A stretch of 64,000 nt of DNA, taken from contig CAUZDY010000001.1 of assembly GCA_963578805.1 (NCBI GenBank), positions 8,043-72,042 of the forward strand. The letters are read 5' to 3'. The stretch's first letter is position 1. Every line of letters starts with the position of its first letter. Shown here piece by piece: positions 1-8,383 of this stretch. A program made the translations under genes and the position numbers. The notes under the pieces were generated by a model. That model did not search any database and was not told the origin of the DNA. It worked only from the letters and a program-made list of their open reading frames with translations. The stretch is from Vicinamibacteria bacterium (GTDB lineage: Bacteria > Acidobacteriota > Vicinamibacteria > Vicinamibacterales > UBA8438).

Positions 1-151
1 TACGGACCGCAGTTTAGCTTCGACGTCAGATAGTGCGAGGCTTCGTGCAGTCTCAGCCACTGTCGTAACGACAACTTGGCGATGTTCATAGGGGTCCACC
101 GGGAGCCGTGAAAGTCTGCACTCTGGCAGTGTAGCGCGGAAAACAGTAGGG

Positions 152-430
152 GTGCTTAGGCCGTCTTTTCGGTGCGTAAGCGGCCCAGGTAGTCCGTCCA
201 CTTCTGCATCATGGCTCGACGCGCCGGGAGGTTCGTCGTGCGGTTGTAGGCGCGCCCTAAGGGGTTCATTGGGGGGTGTGCGAGTTGGTGTTCGATCAGG
301 CGCGGCGGGGTTGCGTGTGATGCGCTCGGAAAACAGGGCGTAGTCACAGACCTGGTGGCACACCGTCAGGACACGACTCGCGGTCTCATACTTCTCTGCT
401 TTCTCATGGAAAACCATGGAGACACAGAGA
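152..430 (-). pseudogene. Remnant of a P4-type tyrosine integrase (large internal deletion plus frame change)
   Basis: ORF 156..347(-) ends LIEHQLAHPPMNPLGRAYNRTTNLPARRAMMQKWTDYLGRL. This matches the extreme C-terminus of P4/CP4-57-like integrases (E.QLAH...AYnR...eRr.MMQ.WaDYL, including the catalytic Tyr). A different frame just upstream (about 300-420) reads ETASRVLTVCHQVCDYALFSERITRNPAAP, which resembles the N-terminal core-binding segment. The catalytic middle (R, HxxR boxes) is missing. It sits directly 3' of tRNA-Ser on the same strand. Confidence 0.55.
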
Positions 431-511
431 CTGACTGTAGCTAAAACCTCCCGTGTTTTAGGCAGTTATTGTGCTGCGTTGGCTGGATATAGCCGTAGGT
501 GGAAAATGAAA

Positions 512-601
512 TGGCGGAGGGACTGGGATTCGAACCCAGGGAACGCTTTCACGTTCAACGGTTTTCAAGACCGCCGCCTTCAACCGCTCGGCCATCCCTC
601 C
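512..601 (-). tRNA. tRNA-Ser (anticodon TGA), long variable arm, CCA encoded
   Basis: Reverse complement reads GGAGGGATGGCCGAGCGGTTGAAGGCGGCGGTCTTGAAAACCGTTGAACGTGAAAGCGTTCCCTGGGTTCGAATCCCAGTCCCTCCGCCA. It has a 7-bp acceptor stem, an anticodon stem GCGGT/ACCGT with loop CTTGAAA, a long extra arm and a GGTTCGAATCC T-loop. Confidence 0.93.
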
Positions 602-663
602 TGGATGTAAACCATGTTCGCAGGGCTCCTGCCCCGGGCCACCCGCCGTATTGAACCCAAGCG

Positions 664-1956
664 CTAAACCGGAGGCTCGATGATCTCCTGGCCTCGCATG
701 TAAGGACGCAAAATCTCTGGAATCACTACCGACCCATCAGGCTGCTGGTAGTTCTCCAGGATCGCGATCAATGCACGCCCTACGGCCACGCCCGAGCCAT
801 TGAGGGTGTGCACAAGCACCGGCTTTCCTTTTTGTCCTTCGCGTCGGAACCTGATATTGGCGCGGCGTGCCTGAAACGCCTCGGTATTGCTGCATGAAGA
901 AATCTCACGATACGTCTGTTGACTCGGCAGCCAGACCTCGATGTCGTAGGTCTTGGCGGATGCAAACCCTATGTCGCCGGTGCACAGCGCCACTGTTCGG
1001 AATGGTAGTTTCAGACGCTTGAGTACCTCCTCGGCGTGACCGGTCAGCTCTTCATGGATGTCGTACGACTGCTCGGGAGTCGCATACGCCACCAGTTCGA
1101 CCTTGTCGAATTGATGCTGCCTTATAAGTCCTCGGACATCCTTTCCGTACGAACCGGCCTCACTGCGAAAACATGGTGTATACGCCGCATAGCGTATCGG
1201 GAGTGTTGCACCGTCCAAGATTTCGTCTCGGTGCAGGTTGCACAGTGGCACCTCAGCTGTCGGAATCAAGTAGAGGTCCCAGTCGCCACTGACTTTGAAC
1301 AGGTCCTCCTCGAACTTCGGCAAATTGCCGGACCCCGTCAGTGCATCCGTGTTGGCAAGAAACGGTGGTTCGACCTCGGTATATCCATGTTCCGATGTAT
1401 GTAGGTCGAGCATGAAGTTGATCAACGCCCGTTCGAGTCTCGCGCCGGCGCCGACAAGGACCGTGAACCGCGACTGCGCGATCTTCGCGCCACGCTCGAA
1501 ATCAAGAATGCCGAGCGCGGGGCCCAGATCCCAGTGGGCCTGTGGGGTGAAATCAAACGTCGGCAATTCACCGTGACGGCGTAACTCGATGTTCTCAGCC
1601 TCCGTTCTGCCGACCGGGACACTATCGTGTGGCAGATTGGGTAGCGCGAGCAACAGCTTGCGCCACTCACGCTCAATCCGCTCGAGCTTCTCTTTCTGGG
1701 TCTTGATCTGCTCACCATGAACCTGGCCAGCCTTGAGCAGCTCGCCAACCGACAGTCCTTCCTTCTTCGCGCGCGCGATCTGGCCCCCGACCTCCTTGCG
1801 TGAGCGTCGGGCGTTTTCAAGAATCGGCAGAATCTCCCGCCGCTCCGCATCGAGCCGCATTAGGAAATCAAGGTGCTCGTGGAGATTGACACCGCGCTGG
1901 TCAAGACGCGCACGGACGTCGTCAGCATGTTCTCGGAGCAAGACGGGGTCGAGCAT
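664..1956 (-). CDS. serS: Seryl-tRNA synthetase
   Basis: 430 aa. N-terminal coiled-coil arm followed by a class II core ([46 protein letters not shown]). Confidence 0.95.
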   Translation of the reverse strand: MLDPVLLREHADDVRARLDQRGVNLHEHLDFLMRLDAERREILPILENARRSRKEVGGQIARAKKEGLSVGELLKAGQVHGEQIKTQKEKLERIEREWRKLLLALPNLPHDSVPVGRTEAENIELRRHGELPTFDFTPQAHWDLGPALGILDFERGAKIAQSRFTVLVGAGARLERALINFMLDLHTSEHGYTEVEPPFLANTDALTGSGNLPKFEEDLFKVSGDWDLYLIPTAEVPLCNLHRDEILDGATLPIRYAAYTPCFRSEAGSYGKDVRGLIRQHQFDKVELVAYATPEQSYDIHEELTGHAEEVLKRLKLPFRTVALCTGDIGFASAKTYDIEVWLPSQQTYREISSCSNTEAFQARRANIRFRREGQKGKPVLVHTLNGSGVAVGRALIAILENYQQPDGSVVIPEILRPYMRGQEIIEPPV

Positions 1957-2096
1957 AGGCCAGCGATTCCTTCCGTGTCGTCCGCACTATTCTAGACCGG
2001 TGCCGGACTAGTCTGCGTCCAGTCGATCGATCGTGCATGTGTGGCCACTGACGTTACGAATCACGAGAACGCTCCACTAAGATACGATCACACACT

Positions 2097-2963
2097 GTGC
2101 AGACCTCGGTTCCAACTGTCGTCTTTCCGGTCGCTGGCCTCGGTACGCGCATCCTCCCCGCCACGAAAATGCTGCCCAAGGAGCTGCTTCCTCTCGTCGA
2201 TCGTCCGGTGATTCAGTGCGGCGTTGAGGAGGCTGTCGCATCCGGTATTAACCGGGTCGTCCTCGTCACGAGCCCGAACAATACGATGACGGCGGCGCAT
2301 TTCGAGGCCAACCCTCGGCTCGAAAGCCTTCTCGAGGCGCGTGGGAAGACCGATGCACTTAAGGCGGTGCGCGCGGTGACCACGATGGCGGAGGTGACGA
2401 CCGTCCACCAGGTTGATCCTCTCGGTCTCGGCCATGCAGTGCTGATGGCCAAGCATGCCGTCGACGACACCCCATTCGCCGTGGCGCTCCCAGACGACGT
2501 GATCGACGCGGATCCACCGGCGCTTCGTCAGATGCGCGACCTGTTCGACGAGTTCGCTGGTCCGGTAGTGCTTGTCGAACGCGTCCCTCGCGAGGCGGTT
2601 GGCCGCTACGGCGTGATCGACCCGATACCTATCCGCGACGGCGTCTTTCGCGTCCGCGACCTTGTCGAAAAGCCAGACCCGGAGACCGCACCGTCTGGCC
2701 TGGCTGTTGTCGGTCGCTACATTTTGACCCCGGACGTTTTCGAAATCCTCGAACAGACCGGCGCGGATGCGAACGGTGAGATTCAACTCACGGACGCTCT
2801 GCGGCAACTTCTTGCAAAGCGACCGCTGTATGCTTGCGAGCTTTCGGGTGTGCGGCACGACGTCGGCACCAAACTCGGATACCTCAAAGCCTCGCTTTAC
2901 TTTGCGTTGACTCAACCCGACCTCGCGTCGCCGTTGCGTGAGTATCTCAGATCGCTCGAGTAG
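2097..2963 (+). CDS. galU: UTP--glucose-1-phosphate uridylyltransferase
   Basis: 288 aa, GTG start. N-terminal VFPVAGLGTRILPATKMLPKELLPLVDRPVIQ nucleotidyltransferase signature; LGHAVL motif. Confidence 0.9.
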   Translation: MQTSVPTVVFPVAGLGTRILPATKMLPKELLPLVDRPVIQCGVEEAVASGINRVVLVTSPNNTMTAAHFEANPRLESLLEARGKTDALKAVRAVTTMAEVTTVHQVDPLGLGHAVLMAKHAVDDTPFAVALPDDVIDADPPALRQMRDLFDEFAGPVVLVERVPREAVGRYGVIDPIPIRDGVFRVRDLVEKPDPETAPSGLAVVGRYILTPDVFEILEQTGADANGEIQLTDALRQLLAKRPLYACELSGVRHDVGTKLGYLKASLYFALTQPDLASPLREYLRSLE

Positions 2964-3017
2964 CGCCACGACCCTCCCACCACGGACTGAACCAGGATCG
3001 GAGAGAGACGGATCGGT

Positions 3018-3353
3018 TCACTTGTCGGAGGAGGACGACGTGGACGACGTGGACGACGTGGAATCCGTGGACGACGTGGAATCCGTGGACGACGTGGAAT
3101 CCGACTTCTTCTTCTGGTCCGAGGCGTCCTTTTCTTGGGCAATCTCGGACCGGGAGGATTCGCCGCCACTCGGTTTTCGTGCGTAATCAGTGATATACCA
3201 GCCGGTCCCCTTGAACTGGATAGCCGGTGACGACATCAGCTTGGTCACCGCACCGTCACACTTGGGGCAGCTTGACGCAAGCGCTTCCGAGAACTTCTGG
3301 ATCACCTCGAAGCGGTGCTCGCACTCATTGCACTGGTACTCGTAGAGGGGCAT
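3018..3353 (-). CDS. FmdB-family zinc-ribbon protein with Ser/Thr/Asp-rich repetitive tail
   Basis: MPLYEYQCNECEHRFEV...SCPKCDG is the CxxC...CxxC FmdB/CxxC_CxxC_SSSS signature. The C-terminus reads STSSTDSTSSTDSTSSTSSTSSSS. Confidence 0.85.
   Translation of the reverse strand: MPLYEYQCNECEHRFEVIQKFSEALASSCPKCDGAVTKLMSSPAIQFKGTGWYITDYARKPSGGESSRSEIAQEKDASDQKKKSDSTSSTDSTSSTDSTSSTSSTSSSSDK
3033..3105. repeat. In-frame tandem repeat (9-bp GACGACGTG units followed by 18-bp GAATCCGTGGACGACGTG units)
   Basis: Read directly from the sequence: ggacgacgtg x3, then gaatccgtggacgacgtg x2 plus a partial copy. It encodes the S/T/D tail of the zinc-ribbon protein on the minus strand. Confidence 0.9.
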
Positions 3354-3427
3354 GATCTCTTAAGAGCCCTAATTCTAATGCACATAGAGAAAACGGGCCG
3401 GAACCAAGTCGGTCGTCCCTGCGTGTC

Positions 3428-5215
3428 CTAATCGAACAGCGCCCCCGGCTCGCCCAACATCAGCTCACGATGGGCCCAGAACGGTAGCCCGCCCTGCCCA
3501 AGCAGCTGGTCATGAAACCCACTTAGCGAAAACAGGTTCCCGTCCTTGGCCTCGCAATCCTCGCGGAGCTTCAACAGTATCCGTTTGCCAAGAGCGTAGA
3601 GGACATACTGTGGGTCGAACGTCCCCCGTTCGGCCTCACGGCGGGCGGTGCTTTCTTCGAGCAGCGCTTCGTCTCTGAAGAATCGAACTCCCTGCTCCAC
3701 TGACAGGTCCTCAGTGTGCAGCCGAATACCGACGACCGTGCGTGCCAATCGAAGGAGTGCCTCGGCCAGTTGCCCAAGCTTCGCCTCTGCATTGCCCTTT
3801 TCAAAACCTTCATCGAACATCAGCTGTTCCGCGTAGTGGGCCCATCCTTCTACGAACGAGACCGGCATTAAAAAAGCTGATTTACGTAGTGGGGCCTCCA
3901 ACTGACGCAGGTGCTCAAAGTGAAGAAAGTGTCCAGGAAACGCTTCGTGAATCGAGATCGACGGGAGCGTCGCATAGTTGAAGTCGCGAAGATGCTCTTC
4001 TTGACGCTCGACCGACCAGGAGGCATCGACGTTCGTGACGTAGTAGTAGGCGGGCAATGGCTTCGATTCGAACGCGCCCGGCGACCACATACTAGCCGTG
4101 GTCCACCGGTAAAAGTCTGGGGTCTGTGCCACTCTCACCGGGTCATGATCGGGAATCGTCATGAGCCGCTTGCGGCGGATGAATGCCACCAATTCCTGAA
4201 GCTGTCCGTCGACCACACTCAAGAGCTCATCGGCGCCGGGATGACGCATCTTGACGTCGTTCCACACTTTCAGCGGATCGTCCCCCAGCTGACCCGCTAT
4301 CTTGTCGAACTCCTCGCGCGTCGCCTTCAGATCCCGAACCGCGATCTCCAGTAGCCGTTCAGCCGGCACGTCGATTCCCTCGGTCAGGCGAAGCAGCTGA
4401 CCGAAACGTTCGGCGCCGAGACGAAATGACGCGCGACTCCGAGGCGCAACGGTCTCCCGAAGGTGTCTTGTGTAGTCGCGCAGCGCACCAACGGCGATCG
4501 TGGACGCGTCGGCGAGGTCGCCAAGAAGATGCATGTCGTCGAGATTGTGGAACGCTCGCGGAAGGTCTCGCTCGAAGAAATTGATTACCCCCTCTAACGT
4601 CTCGATACCGACCTTCGCAAATAGCCCAGGCGGGTCTGTCACGTTCTTGCGAGCCGCCTCCAAGAGTCGCGGGGTCTGTCGCAGCTTCGAGACGATGCGA
4701 CGCGCACGCTCAGTCAACGGGGCATGCGCAAACAGCACATGCACGGCGACGCTGCTGGCGAGCGTCTCAGCGTAATGCAGCGGATTCCGCTGCCAGGGAC
4801 GGAGTTCTTCTAACGCGAACAGGCGGCCACGGATGCTGTCAGCCAGCATCCGATGCTCGACTCGCTCTTCCCGCGTAAGCGTCGAGGCATCGATGCTCTC
4901 CAGTCGCCGCGCCCAACCACCGAGCTCCCGACCCTGGGTTTCGATCGACTCGCGCGAGTAGTCTTCAAGCACGTCATCGTGGAGATGCACTCCATCGAAG
5001 GCGGCCTCGGTTGGATGGCTCTCGTGGAGATAGCCAAGATAGTCGTCCACGAAGTCCGAGAGGGGTTCGATAGAGTGCCCAGATCGAGATCGTCTCATTA
5101 TCGCGTTAAGGGTGTCAGTCCTCGAACACCACCAGTCCTGACTGCTGGCGTCTGCGATACCGGAAACTTCTGGTGATACCGGAGACTCCTGAATGGTACA
5201 ATACCGCGGCTCCAT
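3428..5215 (-). CDS. DUF885-family protein (putative metallopeptidase-like)
   Basis: 595-aa ORF containing SIHEAFPGHFLHFEH and VEGWAHYAEQLM, as in DUF885. The true start may be an internal Met (MRRSRSG...). Confidence 0.7.
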   Translation of the reverse strand: MEPRYCTIQESPVSPEVSGIADASSQDWWCSRTDTLNAIMRRSRSGHSIEPLSDFVDDYLGYLHESHPTEAAFDGVHLHDDVLEDYSRESIETQGRELGGWARRLESIDASTLTREERVEHRMLADSIRGRLFALEELRPWQRNPLHYAETLASSVAVHVLFAHAPLTERARRIVSKLRQTPRLLEAARKNVTDPPGLFAKVGIETLEGVINFFERDLPRAFHNLDDMHLLGDLADASTIAVGALRDYTRHLRETVAPRSRASFRLGAERFGQLLRLTEGIDVPAERLLEIAVRDLKATREEFDKIAGQLGDDPLKVWNDVKMRHPGADELLSVVDGQLQELVAFIRRKRLMTIPDHDPVRVAQTPDFYRWTTASMWSPGAFESKPLPAYYYVTNVDASWSVERQEEHLRDFNYATLPSISIHEAFPGHFLHFEHLRQLEAPLRKSAFLMPVSFVEGWAHYAEQLMFDEGFEKGNAEAKLGQLAEALLRLARTVVGIRLHTEDLSVEQGVRFFRDEALLEESTARREAERGTFDPQYVLYALGKRILLKLREDCEAKDGNLFSLSGFHDQLLGQGGLPFWAHRELMLGEPGALFD

Positions 5216-5282
5216 TCCTTATACACCTTCACGGTGACTCCGTGCCACCCGAGTCTCCGGATTTCCCTCGGGACCGACGATC

Positions 5283-6110
5283 ATGTCAAAAGGAGTCCTA
5301 TATCTGGTTTCCACACCGATCGGAAACCTTGAAGATGTGACGTTTCGGGCTATTCGAATCCTCGGTGAGGTGGCCTTGATCGCAGCGGAGGACACACGGC
5401 GCACGGCAACGCTACTCCATCGTTACAAGATCGACACACCCACTCTGAGTCTGCACCAGCACAATGAGCGTCAGAGAACGCCTGCCATCCTCTCACGCCT
5501 TAATGCTGGTCAATGTGTAGCTCTCGTTACCGACGCCGGAACGCCGCTTCTGTCAGATCCAGGGGCGTATCTGGTTAAATCAGCCCTCGCCGGTGGTCTC
5601 CGGGTTGAGTCGATACCAGGAGCGAGCGCTATTCTCTCGGCCCTTGTTACTTCCGGCCTCGCTCAAGATCAGTTTACATTTGCAGGATTTCCACCAAATA
5701 GGTCTAATGATAGAAAAAAGTGGTTCTTGTCTCTTAGTAAAGAGCACAGACCGCTAGTTATTTTCGAGGCACCTCACCGAATTATGAAATGCCTGGCTGA
5801 TATGGCTGATACACTCGGAAACCGCCAGATAGCTGTGTGTCGAGAAATGACAAAGGTTCACGAAGAATTGGTCATAGGACCTATTTTAGAAGCTATGTCT
5901 TCTCTATCGAGTAAAAAAGGGGAGTTTACTATCGTTGTCTCCCCGCAAAGTGACGACAGGATCAAGCCCACAAACGAACAGATCCTCTCTGAATTTAATC
6001 AGATAGCCAATAAGAAGATGACCAGGCGTGACATAATAAGGCAAATAGCCAAAAAATATGAGCTTAGTACACGCTCTATATACAGGGCGTTGGAGGACAA
6101 GAAGATTTAA
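5283..6110 (+). CDS. rsmI: 16S rRNA (cytidine1402-2'-O)-methyltransferase
   Basis: 275 aa. LYLVSTPIGNLEDVTFRAIRILGEVALIAAEDTRRT is a tetrapyrrole-methylase-fold RsmI signature. C-terminal helical tail is present. Confidence 0.9.
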   Translation: MSKGVLYLVSTPIGNLEDVTFRAIRILGEVALIAAEDTRRTATLLHRYKIDTPTLSLHQHNERQRTPAILSRLNAGQCVALVTDAGTPLLSDPGAYLVKSALAGGLRVESIPGASAILSALVTSGLAQDQFTFAGFPPNRSNDRKKWFLSLSKEHRPLVIFEAPHRIMKCLADMADTLGNRQIAVCREMTKVHEELVIGPILEAMSSLSSKKGEFTIVVSPQSDDRIKPTNEQILSEFNQIANKKMTRRDIIRQIAKKYELSTRSIYRALEDKKI

Positions 6111-6193
6111 ATTTGTTATATAACCTAAAATATTTAACCTGGCATCGGCTTGATTAACCTCACTCGTTCTGCTAAGGTGCGGGCCTTTCATCT

Positions 6194-6862
6194 ATGGCCA
6201 AGAAAGCTCGAGCCAATAAACGACCGACCGCGTCCAAGACTCCCGTCACCACAAAGAGAACGAGCGTAGCCAAGAAGAAGAAAAGGACTCCAGCAAAGAA
6301 GAAGGCGCCTCGAAAAATAGCTAACAGCGCCGCAAAGGCAGCACGGGCGGCGGAAACCCGCAGAAAGAAGCAACTAAAGGCTGTCGAACTCTATGAGCGA
6401 GCGATGGTGGCACTCCAACGTCGAGAACTCAGGGTGGCAGCGGCCCGATTCCGGAAGCTAATTCAGGAATTTCCAGAGGAGCGCGAGTTACACGAACGCA
6501 GTCGACGCTATCTGGAGGTCTGTGAGCGTCGTAGAGGTCCAGCGCCCATACCTGAGACCCTAGAGGAGCGGGTATACGCGGCGACGCTGGCCCTTAATGC
6601 CGGGTCCGAGCAGGAAGCACTACAGCATCTTGAAGCCGCGCTCGTTGAAGCGCCAGACAGCGAGCAGGTCCAATACATGCTCGCCGTCGCACGGGCGGCA
6701 GCCGGAGACGGGTCGGCAGCGATCAAACATCTTTATCGCGCGATCGAACTGAACCCTGACAACAGGTTTCTCGCGCGGCACGAAGCAAGCTTCGAGGCTC
6801 TGCATGACCAAGAAGCGGTCCGGCAAATGCTCGCTGGCCCACCCGAGTGCTCGACTTCCTAG
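6194..6862 (+). CDS. Hypothetical protein: Lys/Ala/Pro-rich basic N-terminal tail plus TPR-like helical repeats
   Basis: 222 aa. The first ~60 aa read KKARANKRPTASKTPVTTKRTSVAKKKKRTPAKKKAPRK (histone-H1-like composition). The remainder is helical and TPR-like (AIKHLYRAIELNPDN). Confidence 0.6.
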   Translation: MAKKARANKRPTASKTPVTTKRTSVAKKKKRTPAKKKAPRKIANSAAKAARAAETRRKKQLKAVELYERAMVALQRRELRVAAARFRKLIQEFPEERELHERSRRYLEVCERRRGPAPIPETLEERVYAATLALNAGSEQEALQHLEAALVEAPDSEQVQYMLAVARAAAGDGSAAIKHLYRAIELNPDNRFLARHEASFEALHDQEAVRQMLAGPPECSTS

Positions 6863-6907
6863 CGTAAGGTTCCGATCCGGGCACCCGGCCGATCTACACT
6901 TGCGTCG

Positions 6908-8293
6908 ATGACCAGACGAGACCGCCATGTGATCGTTCTTGCCGCGGGTAAGGGCACACGGATGCGGTCACGACGGCCCAAGGTACTCCACCCTCTCGCA
7001 GGTCAGTCGCTCATCCAGCGTGTTTTGCGGACCTCGCGAACTTTGGTCCCGAAGACTATCACGGTCGTGGTCGGCCACCAGTCAGAGCTGGTGCAGGCGG
7101 CGCTGGCCCACCACGGCGATCTGAAATTCGCGCGGCAGGAACTGCAACTTGGTACCGCTCACGCGCTTCAGCAGACCCGTTCGGCCCTCGAGACTACCCA
7201 GGGGAGCCTCGTCGTAATGTCGGGTGACGTTCCCCGCCTCAGCTCGGCAACGCTGACCAAACTTATCGACGCACACGAAGCAACGGGCGCTGCAGGAACC
7301 GTGCTGACCGCTACGCTCAAGCGACCCTACGGATACGGCCGAATCGTCCGGTCGCAGGGTGAAATGGTTGGCATCGTGGAGGAGACGGACGCCACCCGTG
7401 AACAGCGTAATATTCGCGAGGTTAACGGTGGAGTGTATGCCTTTGATATCGAGCCGCTGTTCGACGCGCTCGACCAAATTTCAGAAACGGGACCGAAACA
7501 CGAGCGTTACCTGCCGGCGATTATTTCATCGTATCGGCGACGAGGTTTGAGGGTAGGCACTGTGACCGCCGACGATCCAAACGAAATCCGCGGTATTAAC
7601 AGCCAGACCGAACTGGCGGAGGTGAGCAGTATCGTGAGACAAAGCAAGAACGAGGAGCTGATGGGTGCCGGTGTAACTATCGAGGATCCGTCAACCACCT
7701 ACATCGATGACGACGTGACCGTGGGCCCAGACACAGTCATCCATCCGGGCGTTCGGCTTGAGGGACGGACCCACGTGGGAGAACGATGCGAGCTCCAGTC
7801 GTGGGTGCGCGTCGTCGACTCGACGATCGAGGACGATTGTATCGTCAGAAATTGTTGCGTCGTCACCGAGGCTCGCCTAGCTTCGGGAACTGTGGTCGGG
7901 CCCTTCGCACATCTGCGTCCCGGTTCAATTCTGGAGCTTGGTGCCCGCGTGGGGAACTTCGTAGAAATGAAGCAGGCGACTCTCGGCCGCGGATCCAAAG
8001 CCAACCACTTGAGCTACTTGGGTGACGCTACTGTCGGCGACCGGGTCAACGTGGGGGCGGGAACCATCACGTGCAATTACGATGGTGGGACAAAGAACAG
8101 GACGACGATTGCTGACGGCGCGTTCGTTGGGAGTGGCACGCAACTCGTGGCACCGGTCACGGTGGGACAGGATGGCTACGTCGCCGCCGGGTCGTGTATC
8201 ACCGAGGACGTGCCCCCAGGTTCACTGGGCGTCGCCCGAGCGCGACAGGAAAATAAACCCGGGTGGGTGGAAAAAAAGCGCAGGTCTGAGTAG
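6908..8293 (+). CDS. glmU: Bifunctional GlcNAc-1-P uridyltransferase / GlcN-1-P acetyltransferase
   Basis: 461 aa. LAAGKGTRMRS nucleotidyltransferase motif, with C-terminal left-handed beta-helix hexapeptide repeats. Confidence 0.93.
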   Translation: MTRRDRHVIVLAAGKGTRMRSRRPKVLHPLAGQSLIQRVLRTSRTLVPKTITVVVGHQSELVQAALAHHGDLKFARQELQLGTAHALQQTRSALETTQGSLVVMSGDVPRLSSATLTKLIDAHEATGAAGTVLTATLKRPYGYGRIVRSQGEMVGIVEETDATREQRNIREVNGGVYAFDIEPLFDALDQISETGPKHERYLPAIISSYRRRGLRVGTVTADDPNEIRGINSQTELAEVSSIVRQSKNEELMGAGVTIEDPSTTYIDDDVTVGPDTVIHPGVRLEGRTHVGERCELQSWVRVVDSTIEDDCIVRNCCVVTEARLASGTVVGPFAHLRPGSILELGARVGNFVEMKQATLGRGSKANHLSYLGDATVGDRVNVGAGTITCNYDGGTKNRTTIADGAFVGSGTQLVAPVTVGQDGYVAAGSCITEDVPPGSLGVARARQENKPGWVEKKRRSE

Positions 8294-8383
8294 ATGAGGG
8301 GCGACGCCCAGTTCCTGATTGCGCGCAACCGTCTAGATCCGCGATCCTGTAAGGGCAAGCAGCATCTAATCCCTTAACTCTTC

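Noticed and set aside
1-89. Partial minus-strand ORF at the window edge (MNIAKLSLRQWLRLHEASHYLTSKLNCGP...), possibly an AlpA-like island regulator.
   Set aside because: Only 29 codons are visible, there is no clear ribosome-binding site, and the similarity is too vague to call. It is mentioned only in the island-scar finding.
2088-2969. 293-aa minus-strand ORF mirroring galU. Similar long antisense or alternate-frame ORFs include 17483..18268, 20105..20674, 21265..21942, 31955..32614, 33917..34594, 36902..37537 and 50235..50885.
   Set aside because: Each overlaps a strongly conserved gene on the other strand or frame, is Arg/Pro/Ser-rich with no recognisable motifs, and is the expected by-product of high GC content.
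3033-3105. Tandem repeats considered as a possible CRISPR-like array.
   Set aside because: The units are contiguous with no spacers, lie in frame within a coding sequence, and are only 9-18 bp long. No CRISPR array or cas gene exists in the window.
8294-8383. Possible glmS ribozyme upstream of glmS.
   Set aside because: The gap is only about 87 nt, roughly half the size of the ribozyme, and I see none of its conserved core. glmS most likely continues the glmU transcription unit.
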